From: Candidatus Blackallbacteria bacterium
Lineage (GTDB): Bacteria; Cyanobacteriota; Sericytochromatia; UBA7694
Reading direction: 5' to 3'
Length of the DNA: 64,000 nucleotides
Assembly (NCBI GenBank): GCA_051715345.1
Contig: JBPXJQ010000004.1
Location: 25,019 to 89,018 of the forward strand
The notes beneath the pieces were generated by a model, which made no database searches, was not told the origin of the DNA, and was given only the letters and a program-made list of their open reading frames with translations. Numbering within the stretch: position 1 is the stretch's first letter; every line of letters begins with the position of its first letter. Of this stretch, positions 20,124 through 29,949 are shown in pieces. The translations under genes and the position numbers were made by a program.

Positions 20124-20558
20124 ATGTCCAATTTTGCAATTACTAACCAAACAACCTTGCTTACCGCCACACCTAGCGAGCTTAAAAAAACAGATAAACC
20201 CGTTGTTAATACCGAAACAAAACCCACCCCTGCTTTAAACAAAGATCAACTTGAATTGTCAGGCAAAAGTGTTGGGAAAGTAGCCGCTGTTTCCCTTTTG
20301 GGGGGCGGTGCAATTGCTGGTGCTGGCGGACTTTTAATTCATTCAGCCAAACATTTAACTGGGACAGGCGCTTTTGGTGCCACCTTTTTGGGCATTGGCC
20401 TGTTGGGAGTGGGGGCCTTAACTGCTCTGTTGGGGGTGGAATTGGCGGCACAGTTGGAGCGGCCTTTGCTGACTCCAAAGGTTCGGGCGCAGCCCTGGGT
20501 GCAGCTGTCAGCGGTGCACTGGCTGGTGGAGCAGCCTTTGCCGTTACCAGAGATTTGA
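20124..20558 (+). CDS. Gly/Ala-rich glycine-zipper membrane protein, probably continuing to 20629 via a -1 frame change (possible frameshift/pseudogene)
   Basis: The ORF-track frame turns into non-Gly junk after about 20435. The adjacent frame reads …GGIGGTVGAAFADSKGSGAALGAAVSGALAGGAAFAVTRDLKTAALFAAPAALVGGAGGYWGSK*, ending about 20629, in the same Gly/Ala style. Confidence 0.4.
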   Translation: MSNFAITNQTTLLTATPSELKKTDKPVVNTETKPTPALNKDQLELSGKSVGKVAAVSLLGGGAIAGAGGLLIHSAKHLTGTGAFGATFLGIGLLGVGALTALLGVELAAQLERPLLTPKVRAQPWVQLSAVHWLVEQPLPLPEI

Positions 20559-20767
20559 AAACAGCAGCTCTGTTTGCCGCTCCCGCAGCCCTGGTCGGTG
20601 GCGCAGGTGGGTATTGGGGTTCAAAATAACCCAGGCACCCATTTCACTTCTCAGGGGCTTGGCCACAATCTTATAGGGGCCAGAGCCCCTTGTTTTGTCT
20701 CTCTGCCAGGATCGGTTACGATGTAGGGATAGAAAATGCCCCAAACTAATTTAGCTGATGAGGTCTT

Positions 20768-21652
20768 ATGCCCAAGTCTCTTTTCGCCACTCTCTTGCTT
20801 CTGTCTGGTTTAATTGCACAGCCTGTCTGGGCAGAATCGTATGATGAACCCCCTTCTGAACAGCCCAGCCCAAGTGCTTCGCCCACTTCTTCCCCCCAGC
20901 CTGAACCCACCCCCGTCAGCGCAGAGGAAAGCCATGAGCCCGTGATGCGGACCTATGGCCGACTTGGCTATCAGATTGACCTCTTTGGCGAAAAGTTAAC
21001 CCTTCCCAGTACCGAATTGGGTGAAATTACCGCAGGGGGGGTGGTCTATCACGAGCCCCGGATTGGCGGCATGTACCGTTTTAAAGAGGGGAATCTCAAA
21101 AACGCCTATGTCTTTATGGACTATACCTTTCTCTCCCAGCCGGTCAAAAACCAGCGTACAGGGGATCAATTTGGACGCTATACCCATTTTCTCGATGCTG
21201 GCGTGGGCTATTTCTTCAAGCTTTTAAAAGACCGAATTGAATTGGCGCCGTATTTGGGCATGTCTGCCCAATTCAATCACAACGACAAAAACATTGACGA
21301 TAAATCTGTCTATTACCATGTCAACCAAAACCGATTGGGGTTTGGTTTGGGCACCCAATTGGCCGTGCGTTTTGACGACACCTTGCCCTTTCCACTCTTT
21401 CTCTTTATCAATCTGGCGGCGTATCCCTTTACCCCGGTTTTAACCGATTCCAGCACAGCCAATTTTCCCAGCAATATGAGTATTTTTCATCTGGGCCTGA
21501 GTTGGTACGGGCGCTTTTTGCCCTATCTCGGCGGAGAGGTCGGGTTTCGCCAACAATTCCATCTCGGCAGCGGCGGCAGCGCGAATTTCAGCGCCTCGTG
21601 GAGTGAATTTTTTGCCACCGTCCGCTTTGAACCCGAGATCTTTTTGCCCTAA
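20768..21652 (+). CDS. Secreted hypothetical protein (signal peptide, Pro/Ser-rich linker, beta-rich C-terminal domain)
   Basis: MPKSLFATLLLLSGLIAQPVWA signal peptide, then SPSASPTSSPQPEPTP, then alternating aromatic/hydrophobic beta-strand-like sequence. Confidence 0.55.
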   Translation: MPKSLFATLLLLSGLIAQPVWAESYDEPPSEQPSPSASPTSSPQPEPTPVSAEESHEPVMRTYGRLGYQIDLFGEKLTLPSTELGEITAGGVVYHEPRIGGMYRFKEGNLKNAYVFMDYTFLSQPVKNQRTGDQFGRYTHFLDAGVGYFFKLLKDRIELAPYLGMSAQFNHNDKNIDDKSVYYHVNQNRLGFGLGTQLAVRFDDTLPFPLFLFINLAAYPFTPVLTDSSTANFPSNMSIFHLGLSWYGRFLPYLGGEVGFRQQFHLGSGGSANFSASWSEFFATVRFEPEIFLP

Positions 21653-21683
21653 CTTAAACCCAAAGAGGGCTTTGGTAAAGCAC

Positions 21684-22988
21684 TTAATGGGCCTGCCGCA
21701 TTTTGCGGAAGTGGTAACTCATCATCATGGCTGAGCCAATTGCCAAAAGCGAAAAAGCGGTGAGAATACCAAAGACCTGTGGCCAACCGAGCATATCTGA
21801 GAGCAGACCGGCCCCCCAGGTGGCCAAGGCCCCGCCAATATAACCCACGCCATCGATCAGCCCTGTGCAAGACCCTGCGCCTTTGGAACCGGCAATATCC
21901 AGCGTCAGGCAGCCGCTTGACATGGAATAGGGCCCCAGCAGAAAAAAGCCGCTCAGGCCCAACATGATCACAACCATGGTGTGACCACTGGTTCCGTTGC
22001 CCGACATCAAAGTAATGCCCAACATGCTCAAAAACAGACCCACCAGCATCACGGCCATGGCTTTGGCCCGGTCGCCGTTGGGGGCATATTTATCTGTATA
22101 CCAACCCAAAAGCACGGTGCCCAAACAGCCCAAAAACGGAAAGACCGCCGATTGAAAAATGGCCGTTGTCGAGCTCATGCCGATATCCACCAAAAATTTG
22201 GGGGTCCAGAAAAAGAAGATCGAGCGCAAAAAGGTCGTGATAAAAGAATAGACCAATAAATGGCGAAAGACCGGCATTTTCAGCAGCGAGAAAATAATCT
22301 GGCTGACCTTGAGATCGTCCTGATCTTCGAAATTGGCCAGGGATTTTTTTTCGGGATTGTCCGAGCCAAATGAGGCACCGGGAATCACATCTCCCGGTTT
22401 TTCTTTTGAGGCAAAATAAGACCAGACCCAGACTCCGCAGACCAAGATCGCGGGGTAGATAAAGAGTTTATCCCAGGAATGGCCCTGGCTAACGAGATAA
22501 CCCGCAAAGAGGGTGGCAACCACACCCCCAAATTGGAAATTCAGACTGATCCAACCCATGACAGTGCCATTTTTTTCGGGTTCGTACCAGGCCCCAATTG
22601 TCTTGGCGATCCCGCCCCAGCCCATCGAGAGAAAATACCTGCAGAGACACCAGACCACCACAAAAAACAGCAAATCCCGCCCAAAGGCAAAGATGATATT
22701 ACAGACAATCCCCCCAGCCATGCCGAGCAGAAAGATTTTTTTGCCCCCGATTTTGTCTCCGAGGGGCCCGTTGATAAATTTGCCAATGGCATATGCGATT
22801 TCGGAAGTGGCCGCAATCAGGCCCAATTGGGCATTGGTATAGCCAAAAGCCTTTTCCATCAGCGGAAAGGCGGCAGAGAGATTTTGGCGAATCAAATAAT
22901 AGCCCACATAGCCAAAGAGCATCACCAAAAAAGTCCAGGTGCGCCAGGTTTTGAGACGTTTCCATTGGGCTTCGGTCAGTTCCATCAA
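21684..22988 (-). CDS. MFS transporter (organophosphate:Pi antiporter-like)
   Basis: 434 aa with 12 predicted hydrophobic segments. N-terminus …YYLIRQNLSAAFPLM…GKFINGPLGDKIGGKK… is MFS_1-like. Confidence 0.75.
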   Translation of the reverse strand: MMELTEAQWKRLKTWRTWTFLVMLFGYVGYYLIRQNLSAAFPLMEKAFGYTNAQLGLIAATSEIAYAIGKFINGPLGDKIGGKKIFLLGMAGGIVCNIIFAFGRDLLFFVVVWCLCRYFLSMGWGGIAKTIGAWYEPEKNGTVMGWISLNFQFGGVVATLFAGYLVSQGHSWDKLFIYPAILVCGVWVWSYFASKEKPGDVIPGASFGSDNPEKKSLANFEDQDDLKVSQIIFSLLKMPVFRHLLVYSFITTFLRSIFFFWTPKFLVDIGMSSTTAIFQSAVFPFLGCLGTVLLGWYTDKYAPNGDRAKAMAVMLVGLFLSMLGITLMSGNGTSGHTMVVIMLGLSGFFLLGPYSMSSGCLTLDIAGSKGAGSCTGLIDGVGYIGGALATWGAGLLSDMLGWPQVFGILTAFSLLAIGSAMMMSYHFRKMRQAH

Positions 22989-23047
22989 AACGGTCCTTTC
23001 TCAGGCAAAGATAAATAATCGGTTAAAAGACACGGCTAAAAAAGTGA

Positions 23048-24067
23048 CTAAAAAAGTGGATACAGTAGAGCCAAAAGGCCCAGGCTGGCCAGAGAAATAA
23101 AAACCGAGGCACCCAGTCCCAACCATAAGGGCTTGAGGCCAGTGGCCCTCAGTTTGTCCAAGCGGGTTTCCAGTCCCAAAGCCGCCATCGCCATGCTAAT
23201 TAAAAATAAGTCGAATTCCACCAGTCCCTGCACCACTGGCGCAGGCAAAAAGTTGAGTGAATTCACCCCTATCATACCCACAAACAGTAAAACAAACCAG
23301 GGCAGGGGAAGTTCTTTCCAATTGAGTTTTTTTGTTTGGTTCTGGCTTTGAATGCGGATATGCCATGCCAATAGGCCAAAGATCACAGGCACCAAAAAGA
23401 CGACCCGGGTCATCTTGATCAAACTGGCAACCTGCCCACTTTGTTCTCCATGGGCAAAGCCTGCGGCAATGACCTGGGCCACTTCATGAATCGAGGCCCC
23501 AACCCAAACCCCATAACTTTGGGGTGAAAAATGCAAGATCATTTGAGCCAAGGGGTACAGGCTCATCGCAAGCGTGCCCATCAGCGTAATTGTCGCCACA
23601 GCATAAGCGCAGTCCTGCTCTTCGGCCTCGATCACCGCATCAGTAGCAACAATCGCGGAGGCCCCGCAAATGGAGGTGCCTGAGGCCAATAATAGACTAA
23701 GTTTGGGCGAAAGCCCCAGGCGTTTGCCCAGCCAAATTGTAAAGAAAAAGGAACTGCTTACGGTTAAGGTTAAAAGCAGCAGTCCTTGCCAACCAATGCT
23801 CTGAACCTGGGTCAGTGAAATTTTAAAGCCGAGCAGAATAATCCCCAGGCGCAGGATTTTTTTGAGTGAAAAGGTCAATCCGGGTTTGTAAATGGCGGGC
23901 CAGAGACGCAAATTACCCAGCAAAAGGCCAATAAAAATAGCCAAAAGCAGCGGACTCAGTGGCAGCTGTTTGGACAATTCAGGCAGCCGCGAAAGCCAGA
24001 TTGAGAGACCGGCCAACAGCGCTGAAAGCCCCACACCAGGCAGAAGTGAGCGAAATGTATTAAACAA
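23048..24067 (-). CDS. YeiH/UPF0324 family putative sulfate exporter membrane protein
   Basis: 339-aa polytopic membrane protein. Its pattern resembles the YeiH family (Cons_hypoth698). Confidence 0.6.
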   Translation of the reverse strand: MFNTFRSLLPGVGLSALLAGLSIWLSRLPELSKQLPLSPLLLAIFIGLLLGNLRLWPAIYKPGLTFSLKKILRLGIILLGFKISLTQVQSIGWQGLLLLTLTVSSSFFFTIWLGKRLGLSPKLSLLLASGTSICGASAIVATDAVIEAEEQDCAYAVATITLMGTLAMSLYPLAQMILHFSPQSYGVWVGASIHEVAQVIAAGFAHGEQSGQVASLIKMTRVVFLVPVIFGLLAWHIRIQSQNQTKKLNWKELPLPWFVLLFVGMIGVNSLNFLPAPVVQGLVEFDLFLISMAMAALGLETRLDKLRATGLKPLWLGLGASVFISLASLGLLALLYPLF

Positions 24068-24076
24068 GGTTGCTCT

Positions 24077-24517
24077 TTAAGCCTTGGCTGTCGGCTTTTG
24101 AATCACAGCGATGGTAAGTCGGCTGATACACACCAGTCGGTCTTTGTTGTCGCGAATGCGAATTTCCCAGACCTGGGTCGTACGGCCCAAATGCAGTGGC
24201 GAAACCCGGCCAATCACATGTCCCTCTGAAACCCCACGCAAATGATTGGCGTTGATTTCAACCCCGACCACAGCTTGGCTGCTGCGGTCGACACAGAGAC
24301 TGCCCGCCACGCTGCCGAGGGTCTCAGCCAGCAGAACCGAAGCCCCGCCATGCAAAAGCCCCGCCGGTTGATGGGTGCGGTGGTCGACGGGCATCTGGGC
24401 CTCGATCCAATCGGGTCCGGATGCCACACATTCGATGCCCAGCGATTCAGCTGCCGTGTTTTTCATCCAGGCATTGAGTGCGTTCAGATCGAGCTGGCTA
24501 AAATCAGGGGCTGCCAT
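24077..24517 (-). CDS. Hotdog-fold thioesterase (PaaI/YbdB-like)
   Basis: …HQPAGLLHGGASVLLAETLGSVAGS…GRTTQVWEIRIRD… is characteristic of the PaaI family. Start placed at the MAAPDFSQL Met. It overlaps the upstream gene end (24504) by 14 nt. Confidence 0.7.
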   Translation of the reverse strand: MAAPDFSQLDLNALNAWMKNTAAESLGIECVASGPDWIEAQMPVDHRTHQPAGLLHGGASVLLAETLGSVAGSLCVDRSSQAVVGVEINANHLRGVSEGHVIGRVSPLHLGRTTQVWEIRIRDNKDRLVCISRLTIAVIQKPTAKA

Positions 24518-25694
24518 GGGCGCCTCCCGAAGTGGAATGATAGGTATGACTGAGTTCTGCAAAGACATTGCGCAAAAGGGGGACATAAATGCGCCAGAAA
24601 AAGTCGATTTGTTCGGCATTGGGATTGTCAAAAGGCCAGTATTTAAACCAAGTTTGGCGCCCTGACCAAGCCTCGCTGCCCAGATCCAGGGCATTGTCCG
24701 AGGCATCGCCTGCAATATACAAGCGCAAACTGGGTTTCTCTTTCAGAATCACAGCCGGGAATTGATGGGGAATACCCTCTTTACTCAAAAGGGCGGCCCC
24801 ACTTTGGGTTAAGTCCAGGCGGTATTCAGCCAAGACTTCTGTGCCCGGAAGGGCTTTGAGAATATCAAACCAGTAGTGAAAAGCCACCCCAGTGCCCATG
24901 CCTTCGGTCAAACGATGGCTGGAAGTCTTAAACATCCGCAGACCTTCGGGGCTGACTTCTTTGTTCTCTTCCAGCACCACCACCCGGCTGTTTTCATGCA
25001 CAAACAAAAATCCGGGTCCTTTAAAGGCCCAGTCTTTGCCCGTTTGTTTCTTCCAATTGCGTCGGGCCCAAGCGGGAATTTCGGTCGGGTGTGAAAGCTC
25101 TTCAAAATAGCGGCCACTCCATTCAGTCCAATCCAAGCCCAAGAGAGATTCCAGACGATCGCGGGCAGCCCCTTTGGTGGGAGAGGCAAAGGTATTAAAT
25201 TCAGCGATCAGGGCTTTGCCACTGCCGACAAAATTCTCAATCAAACCGACTTCGCGTTCGTCAAAGCCGCCATAGATTTTGCGGCTGTAATCGGGGGCCA
25301 CTTCGCGGCGGGCCTCGGCTTTGTCTTGGCTATAGACCCCGTAGGTATCAGCCACAAAAAGCAGATCTTTGCCCTTGAGATCAGCAGCCTGTAAATCTTC
25401 TGCGATGGCGGGCTTATTTCTAACGGGGTCTTCGGGCGTATAGCCCCGATAATCGGTTTCTTTGTTCCAGTTGCGGCCATCGGGGTGAGGCACTTTAAAA
25501 TGGTTCAAGCTCCAAATCAGGGCCACATGCTCTCGAAAGGTGCGTTCGGGCACTGTTTTGTCGACAATTGTGAGTTGCAAAGGCACTTCGGGCTGCCAAG
25601 CCCAGTGAACAAAAGGAGAACCAAGTAAGAGCAAAAGCCCCAATACGAGTAGACCCGGAAGAAATTTTGTGCGGCGTGATTTCTGCGTTGACAT
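24504..25694 (-). CDS. Hypothetical exported protein
   Basis: 396 aa. N-terminal TM/signal (FLPGLLVLGLLLLLGSPFV). No motif I can recognise. Confidence 0.5.
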   Translation of the reverse strand: MSTQKSRRTKFLPGLLVLGLLLLLGSPFVHWAWQPEVPLQLTIVDKTVPERTFREHVALIWSLNHFKVPHPDGRNWNKETDYRGYTPEDPVRNKPAIAEDLQAADLKGKDLLFVADTYGVYSQDKAEARREVAPDYSRKIYGGFDEREVGLIENFVGSGKALIAEFNTFASPTKGAARDRLESLLGLDWTEWSGRYFEELSHPTEIPAWARRNWKKQTGKDWAFKGPGFLFVHENSRVVVLEENKEVSPEGLRMFKTSSHRLTEGMGTGVAFHYWFDILKALPGTEVLAEYRLDLTQSGAALLSKEGIPHQFPAVILKEKPSLRLYIAGDASDNALDLGSEAWSGRQTWFKYWPFDNPNAEQIDFFWRIYVPLLRNVFAELSHTYHSTSGGAHGSP

Positions 25695-25740
25695 GCTAAT
25701 CAGAATACTGGAGAGCTGTGAGAATGTCTATCTGTTGGCT

Positions 25741-26952
25741 TTAAAGGCGCTGAACCCGATAGCCTTTGTCTTCCAGTTCAGCCACAATCTCTGCCGCGTG
25801 TTGGTGGTCGCGGGTTTCGATCTCAACTTCGATTTGGGTCGTACCCAAAGGGATATCCGAGCGAAAGCGGGCATGTTCAATATGCAGAACATTGGCTTTT
25901 TGCCCTGCCAAGAGTTTTAAGACTTTCTTGAGGGAGCCCGGTGAGTCGGTGATCAGGGTTTTAAAGGTCAAAAAGCGCCCGGCGCGCATCATGCCTTTGT
26001 TGATAATCGAATCCAGTAATTTGACATCAATGTTTCCCCCACTCAAAACCACCAAGGTCGGCCCTGTGGCTGGCACCTTGCCACTGAGCAATGCTGCCAA
26101 ACCAGCCACACCTGCGCCTTCGGCAATCACATGTTTGTATTGAATCGCAAAATAGAGGGCATCACTGAGTTCTTCTTCTGAGACCTGCACCATTTCATCG
26201 ACATACTGACAGAGCACCTCAAAATTGCGTTGAGCGGGCTTTTTGATCGCAATGCCATCGGCAATCGTGGGGCTTGAGGGAGCGAGGATCAGCTTCTTGC
26301 GCGCAAACGATTCGTAAAGCGAAGACGAAGCCCGGGCCTGCACACCAATCAATCTGACGGAGGGCTTCAAAGCCTTGATCGCAATGGCAATTCCAGAGAG
26401 CAACCCCCCCCCACCGACAGGAACCACAACCGTTTCAACTTCGGGCAATTGATCCAAAATCTCCAGACCACATGAGCCTTGACCCGTAATGATATCGTCG
26501 TCGTCAAATGGGCTGATAAAAGTCACGGGGTTGGCTTCGAGCCATTCCATGGCATGGTCTTTGGTTTCATCAAAGCTTTTGCCAATGCAGATCACCTCTG
26601 CGCCATAATTGCGGGTGGCCTGAACCTTGGCCAAGGGGGCATCAGCAGGCATAAAAACAGTGCTTGAAATGCCTGTCAGGCGACCGGCCAGAGCCACCCC
26701 CTGAGCGTGATTGCCTGCAGAAATGGCCATCACCTGTTTGACTTGGCCTTCGGCAGCCAATTTACGCAACTTATAATAGGCACCGCGAATTTTAAACGAG
26801 CCTGTGCGCTGTAAATTTTCGAGTTTGAGTGTCACCGGGGCCCCCAAAATCTCACTCAGGCGCATCGATTCCAAGATCGGCGTCACCCTTGCAACAGGCC
26901 GAATTTGGGTTTCAGCTTGTTGAATCGCAGCTAAATCTACCTGACAGATCAT
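25741..26952 (-). CDS. ilvA: Threonine ammonia-lyase (threonine dehydratase) with a C-terminal ACT domain
   Basis: PLP-fold with …TGSFKIRGAYYKL… (PLP-binding Lys), …GGGGLLSGIAIA…, and a C-terminal regulatory domain of about 80 aa. Confidence 0.85.
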   Translation of the reverse strand: MICQVDLAAIQQAETQIRPVARVTPILESMRLSEILGAPVTLKLENLQRTGSFKIRGAYYKLRKLAAEGQVKQVMAISAGNHAQGVALAGRLTGISSTVFMPADAPLAKVQATRNYGAEVICIGKSFDETKDHAMEWLEANPVTFISPFDDDDIITGQGSCGLEILDQLPEVETVVVPVGGGGLLSGIAIAIKALKPSVRLIGVQARASSSLYESFARKKLILAPSSPTIADGIAIKKPAQRNFEVLCQYVDEMVQVSEEELSDALYFAIQYKHVIAEGAGVAGLAALLSGKVPATGPTLVVLSGGNIDVKLLDSIINKGMMRAGRFLTFKTLITDSPGSLKKVLKLLAGQKANVLHIEHARFRSDIPLGTTQIEVEIETRDHQHAAEIVAELEDKGYRVQRL

Positions 26953-29246
26953 ATATGTTTATCCCCTCGGTTATCCGCTTGAGCCCTATTATACCCCGGT
27001 CGCCACCAATTCCAGCGGCCAAGCAACATCATAAAGCTGGGCACGAGAAAAAGCCGCACAACTGTGGCATCAAGCAAAATGGCTGCCGAAATGCCAATAC
27101 AGATTTCCTGGGTCTGAGGCGAGCCCGAAAAGACCCCCGGTAAAAATACCCCAAGCAGAATCAGCACCGCACCGGTGATCACCGACCCACTGCGGGCCAG
27201 CCCTTCGACCACCGCTTCGCGCACGGGAGCGCCGCGGTGGTAATACTCAGAAATGCGGCTCAGAATCAGCACCTCGTAGTCCATGCTGAGGCCAAAAATA
27301 ATACAAAACAGCACCAATGGCACAATATTGGTAACAGCCCCGTTGATCGGGGTGTGTAAAATCCCCGAAAACCAGCCCTGCTGAAAGACCAAGGTTAAAA
27401 AGCCAAAGGCCGAAACAATTGGCAAGAAGTTCATAATCGCGGCTTTGAGCGGCAAAACCACCGTGCGCATAATCCCGAAGAGCAACAGATATATACCGCC
27501 AAAGACCAACGCCAACATCACAGGCGCGTGGCGGTAGAGTTCGTGGGTAAAGTCCTGCACACGGGCCACCACACCGCCCGTAAGCAAGGTGATTTCGGGA
27601 TGCGCAACCGCATAGGCCCGCGCAAACCGAATGATCTTGCGCGTGTCTTCCAGCTCCATCGGGTCGCTGGGCAAAATATGCATTAGACTTAAATGGCTGC
27701 CTTTGGCCAGATTCACCAAAGGCGCGATGCGCTCTTGATTGTTCAAAAGACCCAAGGCGCCCAGATTGCTGTAGAGCGTGAGATAATCCGCTTTTTCAAA
27801 GTCGGGATTCCAACTGACCAGGCTTTTAACCTCTGCCACATAAGACTCTCGGCGCAGCGCCTGGTAAAAGGCATCCATTTTTTCCAAGACAGCAGGTTCA
27901 AAAACGGTTTGCCCCGGCGGGGCTTTGACCAGGATCGTCACGGGCAAAAGCTCCCCCGCCCAACCGTCTTTTTGCAAATGAGAGTAACCCAGCATGGATT
28001 CGGACTGAAGGGGCGCCACAGCTTGAACCGGCTCCCAAAGTTTCATCCAGCTCACTGGCAAAGCGCAAAGCAATAACAGGGCCGCTGAGAGCAGAAAATA
28101 GCGCAGGGGGTGGCCTGTCACATGTTGCGAGAAGCGCTTCCAGCTTGGATATGAGTCAAAACGCCCAATCCATTGGGATAAAAAACGGGGCCGATCCAAA
28201 AAGCGCTCACCCAAGGCCAGCAAAGCAGGCAAAACCAAAAGGGCATTGGTCAAAGAGAGACCTATCACCACCAACAGGCCCTGCATCACGGTGCGGCTCA
28301 AGGAGACATCGGGGATCAAGAGTACAGCGATACTGCAAAACATGATCAAGGCCGAAAACAAGACGGTTTCGCCTGCCCATTTGAGGGTCATGGACAACGC
28401 TGCTTCAACGGTTTTGCCCTGTTTGCGTTCTTCGCGAAAGCGGCTGACAAGAAAAAGGGAATAGTCGATCGCCAAGGCCAATCCGACCAATCCGGTGAGA
28501 ATCCGCGAAACGGGATTGGAGCCAAAACCCGGCAATTTGAGCAGACTGTTGAGCAAGATCAGGGTCGAAGCCCCCATTAAAAGAGGCAATAGAGCTGCGG
28601 TTAAGGCGCCAAAATTCAGAATCAAAATCACAAACGAAATCAGCAAGGCAATCGATTCGCCCCGGTGAGAATCTTTGTGGCCCTCTTGATGGGCATCGTA
28701 CTGAAAAGCAGTATTGCCTGTTAGCCAGGTTTTGATACCGGTTTGGGCTGACCAATTTTTTAAAAACTGTCGAAGCGGGCCAGACAGGGCCTGTGCTTCG
28801 GGCATGCGTAAGCGGGGGTCAAACTCCAAGAGCAACAGGTTGTATTGGTGGGGACGGCTGCTGCTTACACTGCGAATCGGCAAAAGCTGTGGAAATTGCT
28901 TTTGTAAAGCGGGAATCAAGGCCTCAATTGGCGCTTGTTTCGGCAGAACCACCGCTGCAGTACTGCCCAGGCGCAAGCCAAATTCTTCGCGCATCAATTT
29001 AACAACCTGAAAAGCTTCTGTATCTCGGGCCCCAGTGAGTTCTACTTCGGGGTTTTCATGGGGATTGAACTTTAAATTGAGCCCCGCGAAGGTCAGCACA
29101 CACAGCCAGACCAACAAAATACTTACCCGTTTTTGGTAGAGAAAGCGGCTGAAGTGTTCGAGCAAAATCTGCAAAAGCGAAACTCCTTGGCGGGCAGAAA
29201 TAGAAAGCCGTTCACAGCATTTTTTAATGCTAGCAGAAATTCGCAT
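26949..29246 (-). CDS. MMPL/RND-superfamily membrane transporter
   Basis: 765 aa. Two repeats of a large periplasmic loop followed by about 5 TM helices, typical of the MMPL family. Its stop overlaps the ilvA start (ATGA). Confidence 0.75.
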   Translation of the reverse strand: MRISASIKKCCERLSISARQGVSLLQILLEHFSRFLYQKRVSILLVWLCVLTFAGLNLKFNPHENPEVELTGARDTEAFQVVKLMREEFGLRLGSTAAVVLPKQAPIEALIPALQKQFPQLLPIRSVSSSRPHQYNLLLLEFDPRLRMPEAQALSGPLRQFLKNWSAQTGIKTWLTGNTAFQYDAHQEGHKDSHRGESIALLISFVILILNFGALTAALLPLLMGASTLILLNSLLKLPGFGSNPVSRILTGLVGLALAIDYSLFLVSRFREERKQGKTVEAALSMTLKWAGETVLFSALIMFCSIAVLLIPDVSLSRTVMQGLLVVIGLSLTNALLVLPALLALGERFLDRPRFLSQWIGRFDSYPSWKRFSQHVTGHPLRYFLLSAALLLLCALPVSWMKLWEPVQAVAPLQSESMLGYSHLQKDGWAGELLPVTILVKAPPGQTVFEPAVLEKMDAFYQALRRESYVAEVKSLVSWNPDFEKADYLTLYSNLGALGLLNNQERIAPLVNLAKGSHLSLMHILPSDPMELEDTRKIIRFARAYAVAHPEITLLTGGVVARVQDFTHELYRHAPVMLALVFGGIYLLLFGIMRTVVLPLKAAIMNFLPIVSAFGFLTLVFQQGWFSGILHTPINGAVTNIVPLVLFCIIFGLSMDYEVLILSRISEYYHRGAPVREAVVEGLARSGSVITGAVLILLGVFLPGVFSGSPQTQEICIGISAAILLDATVVRLFLVPSFMMLLGRWNWWRPGYNRAQADNRGDKHI

Positions 29247-29326
29247 CCAAAGCCGGGGATGTGGTATGATGCCACTGATATTTTTAATGGCTGCATCACA
29301 CCTCCTTGTGCGGAAAGGGACAGTAC

Positions 29327-29866
29327 ATGGAAAAACAAAAAGAACAGGACAATTGGGAGAAATTGACCCGGGTCGAACGCCTGGGTGAAATGCTTGTGCG
29401 GATACACGCCCTCAAGCTCTCTCAACTCACCGAATTGATGCAGGAACAGGAACGCACAGGCAAACGCCTGGGTGAACTGGCCGTCGAAAAAGGGTTTATC
29501 ACCCAAGATGAATTGGTTGATTACCTGATCGCTCAGATTCGCGGCAGCCAAGTCGTGGACGACAGCCTGCGTGAACTGGGCCGCATGACCACCGAAGAAA
29601 AATGGGAGCGCCTCTCTCAACACGAACGCCTCGGTGAAATTTTGATCAAACGCCAGGTCATTCGCCTGTCTGAACTGGTTGAAGCGATTGAAATTCAAAA
29701 ACAAAACCCCGAAAAACACCTCGGTGAAGTGCTGAAAGAAAAAGGCCTGATCTCTGAATCTGATTTAGATGAAGCGCTGCGGATGCAGTTTCAACAAACC
29801 GAAACCCTGCGCAATACCATTGAAGAGATTCAAAGCGCGCCAGCCAAAGACAAAGAGCCCACTTAA
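29327..29866 (+). CDS. Stand-alone tandem MshEN (T2SSE_N) domain protein, putative c-di-GMP receptor
   Basis: Four copies of the 24-residue MshEN motif RLGxxLVxxG(I/F)(L/V)xxxxLxxxLxxQ arranged as two pairs: RLGEMLVRIHALKLSQLTELMQEQ-ERTGK-RLGELAVEKGFITQDELVDYLIAQ and RLGEILIKRQVIRLSELVEAIEIQ-KQNPEK-HLGEVLKEKGLISESDLDEALRMQ. Start is the ATG at 29327 after AAGGGA (track ORF begins at a TTG at 29306). Confidence 0.65.
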   Translation: MEKQKEQDNWEKLTRVERLGEMLVRIHALKLSQLTELMQEQERTGKRLGELAVEKGFITQDELVDYLIAQIRGSQVVDDSLRELGRMTTEEKWERLSQHERLGEILIKRQVIRLSELVEAIEIQKQNPEKHLGEVLKEKGLISESDLDEALRMQFQQTETLRNTIEEIQSAPAKDKEPT

Positions 29867-29949
29867 ACGGAGCCCGCTGTCGAACCGATCAGCCCCCCAC
29901 CAACAGTTGTCCCTCACAAGCGGTTGTGAGGGATTCTTTTTTGAACAGT

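Noticed and set aside
29123-29719. 198-aa minus-strand ORF overlapping the MshEN gene
   Set aside because: The plus-strand frame carries four copies of a specific 24-residue motif. The antisense ORF has no features and would leave no room for the MMPL promoter.
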